A stretch of DNA of 64,000 nt, taken from the NCBI GenBank assembly GCA_963805975.1, contig CAWDVR010000002.1:896001-960000 (forward strand), in the 5' to 3' direction. This DNA is from an uncultured Acidobacteriota bacterium. Its GTDB lineage: Bacteria > Acidobacteriota > Thermoanaerobaculia > Multivoradales > SZUA-115. Shown piece after piece: positions 30,315 to 39,569 of the stretch (position 1 is its first letter; each line of letters begins with the position of its first letter). Both the position numbers and the translations under genes were made by a program. The notes beneath the pieces were generated by a model. It made no database searches and was not told the DNA's origin. It saw only the letters and a list, made by a program, of their open reading frames with translations.

Positions 30315-31301
30315 ATGGAGTACGCGGTCCTCGGCATCATCGTCGTGGCCCTGGCGTTCGACTTCCTGAACGGCTTCCACGACGCCGCCAACTCGATCGC
30401 CACCGTGGTCTCGACGCGGGTGCTGTCGCCGCAGAAGGCGGTGGTGTGGGCCGCGGTCTTCAACTTCGTGGCCGCCTTCGTGCTCGGCACGCACGTGGCG
30501 AAGACCATGGGCAAGGGCATGATCGACCTCTCGGTCGTCACCCAGGAGGTGATCTTCGCCGGCCTCTTGGGCGCCATCTTCTGGAACCTCTTCACCTGGT
30601 ACTACGGCCTGCCGGTCTCCTCCTCGCACGCCCTGATCGGCGGCTACGCGGGCGCCGCGGTGGCCAAGGCCGGGTTCGGGGCGATCCTGGTCGGCGGCTG
30701 GGCGAAGCCTCTGCTCTTCATCGTGCTGGCGCCGATGATCGGCGGCACCCTGGGCTTCCTGCTGATGGTGACCGTGACCTGGATCTTCCGCCGCTGGCAC
30801 CCGTTCCGGCTGGACTCTCTCTTCCGCCGCCTGCAGCTCCTCTCGGCGGCGGTCTACAGCCTCGGGCACGGCGGCAACGACGCCCAGAAGACGATGGGCA
30901 TCATCACCGGCCTGCTGGTCGCCTCCGGCTACCTGGCGACGTTCGAGGTGCCCGTCTGGGTGATCCTGATCAGCCATGCCGCCATCGCGCTCGGCACCAT
31001 GTTCGGCGGCTGGCGCATCGTCAAGACCATGGGCACGCGCATCACCAAGCTCCAGCCCTTCGGCGGTTTCTGCGCCGAGACCGCCGGCGCCATCACGCTC
31101 ATCGGCGCCACCCTGGGCGGCATCCCGGTCTCGACCACTCACACCATCACCGGCGCCATCATCGGCGTGGGCGCCACGCGCCGCCTCTCGGCCGTCAAAT
31201 GGGGCGTAGCCGGCCGCATCCTCTGGGCCTGGGTGCTGACGATCCCCATCTCGGCGCTGGTCTCCGCGCTGTGCTTCTGGGGAGTGGAGCTGGTCCGCTA
31301 G
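30315..31301 (+). CDS. pit: PiT-family inorganic phosphate transporter
   Basis: NGFHDAANSIATVVSTR, GLPVSSSHALIGG, HGGNDAQKTMG, GIPVSTTH. Confidence 0.94.
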   Translation: MEYAVLGIIVVALAFDFLNGFHDAANSIATVVSTRVLSPQKAVVWAAVFNFVAAFVLGTHVAKTMGKGMIDLSVVTQEVIFAGLLGAIFWNLFTWYYGLPVSSSHALIGGYAGAAVAKAGFGAILVGGWAKPLLFIVLAPMIGGTLGFLLMVTVTWIFRRWHPFRLDSLFRRLQLLSAAVYSLGHGGNDAQKTMGIITGLLVASGYLATFEVPVWVILISHAAIALGTMFGGWRIVKTMGTRITKLQPFGGFCAETAGAITLIGATLGGIPVSTTHTITGAIIGVGATRRLSAVKWGVAGRILWAWVLTIPISALVSALCFWGVELVR

Positions 31302-31705
31302 CCGGGGGCGCCTCTGAGGTTCTCTGCCTTCAGCGTGGCCACCTCGACGACTTGATTGAAGTGGCTGTCGAGATGGTAGAGCGTGGCCCCGGCGCGGATC
31401 GCTGACGCCGCGATGATCAGGTCGGTTGTCGGGACGGTGATGGCCCGGCGGCGGAGCCTGAAACCAAGCTCCACTGCGAGCTCGAAATCCTTGGTCTCCA
31501 GGTCCAGCAGATGGAACGCATCGAAGTCGGCTGCGAGCTTTCGCAGCTCGAACTCATTCGGTGCGAACGCCAGGATTTCGACGCGGATGAGCCCATTCAC
31601 CGCCACCTGATCGGCGGCGATGGCCTGGGCCACCTTTCTGCGAGCCTCCGGCTGACCGGCTGGTCGGTAGTACTCGATGAAAGCCGAGCTGTCGACGAGA
31701 ATCAC
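31298..31705 (-). CDS. vapC: VapC PIN-domain toxin
   Basis: GTG start overlapping the antitoxin stop (GTGA); ILVDSSAFI, VEIL, TTDLIIAASA, YHLDSHF. Confidence 0.88.
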   Translation of the reverse strand: MILVDSSAFIEYYRPAGQPEARRKVAQAIAADQVAVNGLIRVEILAFAPNEFELRKLAADFDAFHLLDLETKDFELAVELGFRLRRRAITVPTTDLIIAASAIRAGATLYHLDSHFNQVVEVATLKAENLRGAPG

Positions 31706-31908
31706 GATTCCTGCCGCAGCCGCTCGAGCGTCGCCTGATCGAGAGTGAGGTCGATCCGTCCTTGGTGGTCCAGGGCGTCGGCCAGACGCCGCCTGCGAAC
31801 TGCTTCGCTCAAGGCGGCGCGGATCGTCTCGACCTTGCTCGAGGTGCCGAGGGCTTCGCCCGCTTCCCGAATCAAGCTGTCCTCGACACTCACGCTCATC
31901 CGGCCCAT
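31702..31908 (-). CDS. vapB: VapB-type antitoxin
   Basis: GGAGG RBS; MGRMSVSVEDSLI.EA..LGTSSK.ETI.AAL; 68 aa directly upstream of the PIN toxin. Confidence 0.85.
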   Translation of the reverse strand: MGRMSVSVEDSLIREAGEALGTSSKVETIRAALSEAVRRRRLADALDHQGRIDLTLDQATLERLRQES

Positions 31909-32018
31909 ATCGCACCTCCAATCAGCACCACGAGGATACACCAGTGCGAGGTGTGTGCCCGTCGGAGAAGCCTGCACGCGAGAGGCTAAGATGAAGGCTC
32001 ACCCATAGGGAGAACTCC

Positions 32019-33452
32019 ATGCAGCGTCCTGATCATCGCCTCATTCCAATCCCGGCGACCCTCGTGCTCGCGGTGACTCTTTTGATGGCCGGCTCCGTAC
32101 GCGCGGCCGACGTGCCCGCCAAGCCGGCTCCGCCGCCTGCTTCGGCGCCTGTCGCCGCTCCCGTCCCCACCTCCCAGAACTGGCCGATGTTTCGCGGGCC
32201 GGCGGCTTCGGGGGTGCTCGAGGGGCAGAAGCTGCCGGACACCTGGGCCGCCGAGCCGGCAGCGAACGTGCTGTGGAAAGTGGCCATCCCCGGCCTCGCG
32301 CACTCGAGCCCGGTGGTGTGGGGGGACCGTTTGTTCGTCACCACCGCGGTCTCGGCGCGGGACGACGGCGAGTTCCGCTACGGCCTCTACGGCGACGGCA
32401 CCACTGCCGCCGACCGGGTGGTGCCCCACCAGTTCAAGCTCTACTGCCTGGACAAGAAGAGCGGCAAGATCCTGTGGGAGCGCATCGCCTTCGAGGGCAA
32501 GCCGCGCTCCGGCCGGCACATCAAGTCCACCTACGCCAACGCCAGCCCGGCGACGGACGGCAGCCTGGTGCTGGCGTTCTTCGGCTCCGAGGGCCTCTAC
32601 GCCTACGATCTCGACGGCAACCTGAAGTGGAAGAAAGACCTCGGGATGATCACCACCAGCGCCTACAACGAGCCCGACTACGAGTGGGGTGCGGCCAGCT
32701 CGCCGATCTTCTGGAAGGACCTGGTGATCGTCCAGGCGGACACCACGACCGAGGACTTCCTGATCGCCCTGAAGGCCGCGACCGGCGAGACGGCCTGGCG
32801 CACCGAGCGCGACGAGTGGCCCTCCTGGGCGACGCCCAACGTCTACGAGGGGCCGACCGGGGCCGAGCTGGTCACCAATGCGCCGAAGATGATCCGCGGC
32901 TACGACCCGGCGACCGGCAAGGAGCTGTGGAAGCTCGGTCCCAGCTCGGACATCACCTCGCCGACCCCGGTGTTCACCGCCGACCGCATCCTGGTGACGA
33001 GCGGCCGGCGCCCGGTCAAGCCGCTCTTCGTGCTCAAGCCCGGCGCGCGCGGCGACATCACGCTCAAGGAAGGGCAGCAGAAGAGCGACTTCGTGGTCTG
33101 GCACAAGACTGGGGTGGGCCCCTACATGCCGACGCCAATCGTCTACCAGGGGCTGATCTACACCCTGCGCAACGACGGCATCTTCGCCTGCTACGACCTC
33201 GAGACCGGTGAAGTGGTCTACGAGCAGCGCCTAGCTCACCGCGGCAGCGGCTTCTCGGCCTCGCCGGTGGCGGCCGACGGCAAGCTCTACGTGGCGGGCG
33301 AGGACGGCGACGTTTTCCTCATTCGCGCCGGCCGCACCTTCGAGCAGCTCGCCATGAACCCCATGGGCGAAGTGGTGATGGCGACCCCGGCCCTCTCCGA
33401 CGGCCGCCTGTACGTGCGCGGCCTGAAGCACCTGTTTGCGGTGGGCAGGTAG
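32019..33452 (+). CDS. Secreted PQQ-binding-like (BamB-like) beta-propeller protein
   Basis: WPMFRGP, HSSPVVWGDRLFVT, ASPATDG, SWATP, SASPVAADG, MATPA. Confidence 0.9.
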   Translation: MQRPDHRLIPIPATLVLAVTLLMAGSVRAADVPAKPAPPPASAPVAAPVPTSQNWPMFRGPAASGVLEGQKLPDTWAAEPAANVLWKVAIPGLAHSSPVVWGDRLFVTTAVSARDDGEFRYGLYGDGTTAADRVVPHQFKLYCLDKKSGKILWERIAFEGKPRSGRHIKSTYANASPATDGSLVLAFFGSEGLYAYDLDGNLKWKKDLGMITTSAYNEPDYEWGAASSPIFWKDLVIVQADTTTEDFLIALKAATGETAWRTERDEWPSWATPNVYEGPTGAELVTNAPKMIRGYDPATGKELWKLGPSSDITSPTPVFTADRILVTSGRRPVKPLFVLKPGARGDITLKEGQQKSDFVVWHKTGVGPYMPTPIVYQGLIYTLRNDGIFACYDLETGEVVYEQRLAHRGSGFSASPVAADGKLYVAGEDGDVFLIRAGRTFEQLAMNPMGEVVMATPALSDGRLYVRGLKHLFAVGR

Positions 33453-33511
33453 CCCTCCCGAAGTGGGTGGCGCCTGCTAGTAGCAAGCACCGCAGGGCCT
33501 CCTTCTGTCTG

Positions 33512-33552
33512 CATTTGACAGTTTAAAATTATCGTGCCATTAATATTGACGG
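33512..33552 (+). promoter_or_regulatory. AT-rich segment with a perfect TTGACA (-35-like) upstream of the Ig-like gene
   Basis: tttgacagtttaaaattatcgtgccattaatattgac in otherwise GC-rich DNA; -10 box imperfect. Confidence 0.35.
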
Positions 33553-33667
33553 CTCGATGTGTCGTCTGACTGCGGCCACGGAATGTCCGTGCGCCCGCAG
33601 AACATCCAACCTGGACGAGCCTCTGGCTCGGTGATCCGAGCCACAAAGAAACAGGAGAGAACTCGCG

Positions 33668-34027
33668 ATGAGAAGCCTGCTCCGTGCCGTCATCCTCCTG
33701 CTGCCTCTGGTGGCCCTGCTGAGCGCCTCGGCCCATGCGGTCTGCAATGGCACGCCGACCGCGAACACGGATGTCTACAACATCGCCAAGAACACGACGG
33801 TCAACATCTACCACAACGACCTCAAGGCCAACGACACGGACCCGGAGAGCGACGCGCTCAGCGCCTATATCTCCGGCTATCCGACGGCCGGCGGCTGGTG
33901 CGGCATTGGCCCGGATGGCGTCTGTTACCAGCCGCCGACGGGTTTCACGGGACTGGTGTCCATTCCCTACGCGGTGACTGACAACTGCACCTCAGACGGG
34001 GGCACTGTCCTCGTCTTCGTGCAGTAG
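33668..34027 (+). CDS. Small secreted single Ig-like (Big_9/cadherin-like) domain protein
   Basis: AGGAG RBS, signal peptide, PTANTD, DLKANDTDPESDAL, YQPPTGFTG, YAVTD; four Cys. Confidence 0.78.
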   Translation: MRSLLRAVILLLPLVALLSASAHAVCNGTPTANTDVYNIAKNTTVNIYHNDLKANDTDPESDALSAYISGYPTAGGWCGIGPDGVCYQPPTGFTGLVSIPYAVTDNCTSDGGTVLVFVQ

Positions 34028-34036
34028 CCACTTGCC

Positions 34037-34070
34037 GGGCAGGCCCCTCGAGGAGCCCCGGGGCCTGCCC
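34037..34070. terminator. Hairpin between convergent genes
   Basis: gggcaggcccc-N12-ggggcctgccc, 11-bp stem. Confidence 0.5.
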
Positions 34071-34071
34071 T

Positions 34072-36863
34072 TCACCACTTCAACCGCACCACCACCGGGT
34101 CATGGTCGCTGGCGCGGCCGGCGTCGGCGAATTCGGCGCTGACGTGGACCACGTCGATCTCGGGAGAGCCCTTCTTCGCCAGCGCTGAGCTCACCAGCAC
34201 GTGATCGAGGACCTGGGAGCTGCCCTCGAAGACGTAGGTGTAGCGGTCGTCCTCCGACAGGCGGTGCATCAGGTCCACCAGGCCGGCTCCTTCCAGGGCT
34301 GCGAGCGGCAGCGTCCCCTCGTGCTCGTTCAGGTCGCCGAGGACGATGACGCGGGCCTTGGGGTCCGCGTCCAGGATCTCGCCCACGAAGGCCCGCACCC
34401 GGCGCGCCTGGCAGAGGCGCTGCGGCTCGCTCCCCCGCTGCGGCGGCTGGCGGGCACCGAACGGGCGGTCGTCGCGACTCCTCGAGGTCCAGTGGTTGTT
34501 GAGCAGGAACAGCGTCTTGCCGCCGAAGACCACCTCGGCGGCGAGCGGCAGCCGGCTGCCTTCGTAGCCGCTCGTCGAAGAACCGGTGAAGCAGGGGTCG
34601 CCGGCACCGATGCGGGTCGGAGGCTTGGCCAGACGCACGCGCTCCGGGTGGAAGAGGTAGGCGACCCGGATGTTGCCGCCGGGCTGGCCGCCTCCGCCGT
34701 TGTTCACCGGGTCGATCTGTTGGAAATCGTAGCGTGGCCCGCCGGCCGCCACCACGGCTGCGACGAGCGCCTCGAGGCCGCCCTGCGCGCTCACCACGTC
34801 GTCGTCCGACGGGCCGGAGTCGTCCTGCACTTCCTGCAGGGCGACGATGTCGGGGGCAGCCAGATCGCGGGCGATGATCTCCGCCAGCCGCGCCCGCTTC
34901 TCGGGCGACGAGGCGAGCGAGTAGTTCTCCAGGTTGAAGGTCGCCACGGTGAGCTTCCGCCGGCCGGACCGGAGCCTCGTGGTCTCGGCCGCGAGGCCTC
35001 CCGCTACGCGCCGCGGCGGCTCGGTCGCCACCAGCCGAAAGCCGCCGAACCGGTAGTCGAGCACGCCCTCGATCGGCCCGGCGAAGCGATCGCCCACGCT
35101 CGTCTGGGGTGGCGTCGCGAGCAGGCTCGCGTCCACGAGGATGCGCTCCGGGTTGGCATCTCCTTCGTTCCGCAGCAGGCCACCGCGCGCGGTGCGGCGC
35201 CCGGAGCCGGCGCCGCCGTCCGGCAGCACGGTGAAGGTGCCGTGGCTGTCGGAAGGGCCTACGGTCGCCGGCTCGCGCACCTCGACGCGCATGCTCTCCA
35301 GGCTCTCGTAGAAGTCGAGGGCATCGCTGTCGGGCTCGTAGCGGGTCAGGCCGTCGTCGTCGATGACCCTCGGCACCGGCCGGCCTGGCCGCCCGAGCAC
35401 GACTGCCGGCGGCAGCCCTGAAGCGGTGGCCGGGCTCGAGGAACGCAAGCGCAGGCGCGTCACCGTCAGCTCGCCGGTGCGGCCCGCCTCCTCCACCCGG
35501 CCGCTCACCACCAACGAGGCGCCCGGCCGGGGCAGGCCCGGCCCGCTGCCGCTCGCGGCGGCAGGGTCCACCACGAAGAGCCCGTCCGAGGTCGCCGGAT
35601 CGCCGTCGCCGCTCGAGTCCTGGAGCCAGAAGCCGCCGGCCCTGGAGCCCGCGGCGCTCACCACGCCGGGCAGCCCCCAGACCCAGCTCCCCTCGTACGG
35701 CGAGCGATGGCTGTGGCCCTGGAGGGCGGGGATCGTCATCCGCTCGTCGCTCGCCGCGAAGGCGAAGAACTGCGTGATCTCGTCCGCGTTGAAGTTGTTG
35801 TCGGAGACGAAGAGCAACGTCCGGCGTCCGTCCGCCAGCATCGGGCCCCAGCTCATGCCCTCGACGTTGTCGAGCGTCAGCCCCAGCTCGGCGAAGTCGA
35901 GCAGCAGAGTCTTCCCGGCGGCGGCGACCCGCTCCGTGGCGCCGGCCAGCCGGCCGCGACCCGAAATGTCTTCGGCGCCGGCGAGCGAGACGAGGTAGAG
36001 CCGCACGCTGAAGCCCACGCCTTCTACCCAGGCGCGCTCCACCGCGAGAAGGCGAACGGAGTCGAGCGCCAGGAGCTCTACCAGGCCACCGACCTTGGTT
36101 CCCGTCGGCGGTCGGGGCACCGCGTCAGCCGGTCCACCCAGTAGAGGTGCTCGGCCTGGGCACGGCCGCTGGCCGCGTCGAAGACCAGGATGCGCGCCGG
36201 GCTGCGCTCGTCGAGCGTGGCCGCCGGCCCGTCCTGCGCCAGCGCGCCCTCGGCGGCGGTGATCACCCGGGCGCCGTCCGGCGTCACGGTGAGGGCCTCG
36301 AACCCCTGGTTCGAGCGCACGCCGGTCCGCCCGTCCGCGCCGGGCAGGAAGTGCCCCGGCAGCGGCAGGTCGCGGTGAGACCAGCCGTCGAGCCGCAGCT
36401 CGCGGACGAAGGGCGGTGCGTCGGGGTTCGGCTCGCCGGACCTCCGCCCGCCTTCCGAGGAGAGAAAGAGCGTGCCGGCGGGCGAGAGCACGAAACCTTC
36501 CGGATCGAGCGAGCGCGGCGGGAAGGCCTTGCCACGCGCGTCACGCAGCGTGGTCACCGCCTCGACGCGCACGTCGTCCTCGCTCAAGCGCCCGTCCTCG
36601 ACCTCGATCGAGAGCGTGTAGAAGCGCGCCGGCGCTCGCTCGCCGCCGTCGTCGGAGAGGGCGTAGAAGACCCCGCGCGCGCGGTCGAAGGTCAGGCTCG
36701 AGAGCCCGCCCACCTCGGCGCCCTCGTAGCGCATGCCGGTGGGCAGCCGCGCCTCGCCCAGGAAGTCGAGTCGGGTGAAGGGAGGGGATTCCCCCGCCGC
36801 CGGCCCCGCCAGCCAACCGGCCAGGAGGAGCAGCCGCGAGAGGCGATGCACGAGAGCGCGCAT
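34072..36863 (-). CDS. Secreted phytase-like (esterase-like) domain fused to OB-fold and EEP nuclease/phosphatase domains; one frameshift near 36130
   Basis: 36078-36863 frame: GGLSSL, ALSDD, DPEG, NQGFEALT. 34072-36120 frame: DNVEGM, VSDNNF, QGHSHRSP, YESLESMRV, TFNLEN, QEVQDD, GDLN, LDHVL, ASDHDP. Adding one C at GAC CGG restores a single ORF. Confidence 0.82.
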
Positions 36864-36874
36864 GGATCGCCCTG

Positions 36875-38326
36875 CTATCCCGGCTGCGACGCGCCGGCCA
36901 CCACCACCCGGTTTCGGCCCCGGCGCTTGGCCTCGTAGCAGGCGTCATCGGCACGGCCCACGAGCTCCGCGGGGCTCGAGGGATAGCAGGCGGTGGCCGC
37001 CGCACCGATCGATGCCGTGGTGGTGAGGGCAACGCCGCCGGCGAGGGTCGCGAGGGGCTCGCGCTCGAGCGCCGCGCGCACCCGTTCCGCCACCTCCCCC
37101 ACTTCCCCCGCCCGGGTGTGCGGGGTCAGCACCACGAACTCTTCGCCGCCCCAGCGAAAGAGGAGGTCGGTCGCCCTGAGAGTGCCCTCGATGCGCCGCG
37201 CCACCCGCTCGAGCACCAGGTCGCCGGCGTCGTGGCCGTGCCGGTCGTTGAGCGCCTTGAAGCCGTCGAGGTCGACGAACAGGGCGCCGATCCCCAGGCC
37301 CAGGCGCCGGCTGCGCTCGGCCTCGCGCTCGAAGGCCGGCGCGAAGGCGCGGCGGTTGTAGCAGCCGGTCAGGCTGTCCTGCATGGCCTCTCGCCGCTGG
37401 CGCTCGCCCATGCGGGCGAGGGCGGTCGAGAACATGCCGGTGGCCACGATCAGCGCCGTCGACAGCAGGCCCATCGCCAGGATGATCTCGCGCAGCCGCG
37501 GCAGCAGCAGCTCGCCCGAGGAGGTGCGCGCATCGATCGAGCCCTCGATCGATCCCAGCGCCTGGTGGACTCCCAGGAACACCACCAGGCCGAGGACGGC
37601 AAAGCCGGCCACGGCCAAGCCCACGCCATGGACGTAGCTGAGCTCGTGCCGGGGTGGAGCCACGAACTGGCGGTCGACCCAGCCGCGGACCTTGGGGCCT
37701 GCCCAGCGCAGCACCGGGACCACCACCAGCGCGAGCGGTACGAAGTCGCCCACCACCCAACCGCGCCAGATCCGCTGGCCGGCCACCGGATCGAGCCCGT
37801 GGCTGGTGTTCCACAGGATCGCCGCCAGCGACCCGGTGACCGCCGCCACCAGCCCTGCTCCCAGGAACCAGGCCACGTCACGCCGGTGTGGGAGATCGGG
37901 GTCGACCCGCAGGGCGACGAGCGCGCCCCACAGCATGAGGGTCTCGATCACCCCGGCGACCGCGAAGAGAGCGGCGAGCTCGAGCGGCAGGCCGCTCGCC
38001 AGCGCGCTCGCCACGTTGGCGAAGTAGATCGGCACCGCACCCCAGGTCGGTCCCAGCCACAGGGCGACGAGCACCGAGAGCAGGAAGGGCGGGTAGACGG
38101 TGAGGTGGAAGGAGATGCCGCCGAGCTCCACCGCGAGGCCGTTCCAACCCCAGACCACGTTGAGGACGCCGGTCGCGATCGAGACCAGGATGAGGGCCAC
38201 CCAGGCATAGGCCACCCGGCGCACGCGCGGGCTCTGCTCGACCGCCCGGAGCTCGCCGAGCGGCCACCAACCGGGCCCGCGCTCCACCAACGGCCCGGTC
38301 CCCGCCGCGGGGCTGTTCCAGATCAT
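36875..38326 (-). CDS. Membrane-bound diguanylate cyclase (MASE1-like TM sensor plus GGDEF)
   Basis: DSLTGCYNRR, DLDGFKALNDRHGH..GD, RxxD I-site (RATD), RWGGEEF. Confidence 0.92.
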   Translation of the reverse strand: MIWNSPAAGTGPLVERGPGWWPLGELRAVEQSPRVRRVAYAWVALILVSIATGVLNVVWGWNGLAVELGGISFHLTVYPPFLLSVLVALWLGPTWGAVPIYFANVASALASGLPLELAALFAVAGVIETLMLWGALVALRVDPDLPHRRDVAWFLGAGLVAAVTGSLAAILWNTSHGLDPVAGQRIWRGWVVGDFVPLALVVVPVLRWAGPKVRGWVDRQFVAPPRHELSYVHGVGLAVAGFAVLGLVVFLGVHQALGSIEGSIDARTSSGELLLPRLREIILAMGLLSTALIVATGMFSTALARMGERQRREAMQDSLTGCYNRRAFAPAFEREAERSRRLGLGIGALFVDLDGFKALNDRHGHDAGDLVLERVARRIEGTLRATDLLFRWGGEEFVVLTPHTRAGEVGEVAERVRAALEREPLATLAGGVALTTTASIGAAATACYPSSPAELVGRADDACYEAKRRGRNRVVVAGASQPG

Positions 38327-38336
38327 GAGCCGCTAT

Positions 38337-39419
38337 TTAACCATAGGGCTTCGCTCGTTCCGTCGACGACTGAGGAGCGCGTTTGGTGCGGGAATTTTCA
38401 GCAAATTCTCTTGCGAGGAGATAGCCGCGGATCGCTTCGGCGGCGCAGGCGTGCCCGCTGGCGGTGGGATGGAAGCGGTCGCGCGCGAGACGGCTCTCGC
38501 CCGTGCGACGGCAGGCCTGGAAGGCGGATACCAGATCGAGGTGGAAGAAGCCGTTGCGCCGCGCCGCGGCGGCCGGAAGCCTGTGCTGATCAGCAAAACG
38601 GTAGTCCTCGAGGAGAGCCCCGAAACGCGGAAAGACCACCACCAGCACCTGGAAGCCGTGCTCACCGGCCAGCCGGCCCAGGTCGTCGAAGGCGCCGGCC
38701 ACGGCAGCCTCGTCCGGCTGCGGCAGGTGCTCCGGCCCGACCCGCCAGAACCACAGCAGGCGATAGAGGGCGCTCGCGGCAAGCCGAGGATTGACCCGGC
38801 CCTGGGCCATGTTTCGCGTGCCAGGCGCCCTGGCCCGAAGACCGGCCAGAATGCCGCCGTCGTCCTGGCGGGTGTCGTTCAGGCAATAGGCCAAGAGCAC
38901 CAGATCGGGCGTGAAACGCAGGCCACGGTCGGCGAGGAGAGCCACCTCCTGCCGGGTGTCGTAGCCGGTGACCGCGAAGTTGATCACTTCCGCGGTCATG
39001 CCCGCCTCCGTCAGGCCGGCCTCGAGCCGGGCGGGGAAGACATCTGCCGGCTCGCGTACGGCCTGCCCCGCTGCAATGCTGTCGCCGAGCACCAGGATGC
39101 GGAAGACGCCCGGCGGCTTCTCCACGGCGCGCTCGCGGTCGCGAAAGCCGAGGCTGTTGCTGCGGCCCACGTAGTCGTGGAAAGAGTCGAGCTCACCCTG
39201 GTGGTCGTAGTGAGGAACCGGCTCGTAGCCGAGCCTGGGGTTGGGCGAGAGCCGGAACCGGCCCTCCTGGACCAGCACGATCTCGGGAGCGATGCCGGTG
39301 AGACGCACCAGGAGCTCGGCGACCGCAAGGCCGCCGGCGAGGCCCAGCCCGGCCAGGGCCAACCGGCCGAGAAGGGGCGCGCGAGGCCTGTGAGGCACGG
39401 TTCCGGTCGAGACCTTCAT
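38337..39419 (-). CDS. SGNH/GDSL hydrolase family protein, membrane anchored
   Basis: NSLGFRD, LGDSIA, NFAVTGY, CLND, DRFHPT. Start uncertain. Confidence 0.88.
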   Translation of the reverse strand: MKVSTGTVPHRPRAPLLGRLALAGLGLAGGLAVAELLVRLTGIAPEIVLVQEGRFRLSPNPRLGYEPVPHYDHQGELDSFHDYVGRSNSLGFRDRERAVEKPPGVFRILVLGDSIAAGQAVREPADVFPARLEAGLTEAGMTAEVINFAVTGYDTRQEVALLADRGLRFTPDLVLLAYCLNDTRQDDGGILAGLRARAPGTRNMAQGRVNPRLAASALYRLLWFWRVGPEHLPQPDEAAVAGAFDDLGRLAGEHGFQVLVVVFPRFGALLEDYRFADQHRLPAAAARRNGFFHLDLVSAFQACRRTGESRLARDRFHPTASGHACAAEAIRGYLLAREFAENSRTKRAPQSSTERAKPYG

Positions 39420-39569
39420 CGGGGGGAGAGCGGCAATATAGCCCACCTCGGCAGCCATCCCCCGGCAGCGAAACCTCTGGTAATCTCCCCATCTAGTCAG
39501 AGTTGCTACTACAACAGCCGGTGCTCGGTGCTGTCACCCCGGTGCCGGAGTCGTATCGAGGGAGCCGCG

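Noticed and set aside
36110-36145. Programmed ribosomal frameshift in the phytase-like/nuclease gene
   Set aside because: No slippery heptamer or homopolymer at the break; the break is mid-domain and a single missing C explains it.
38325-39569. 400-aa N-terminal extension of the large amidohydrolase
   Set aside because: It is the antisense of the SGNH gene; the signal peptide begins at ATG 39570.
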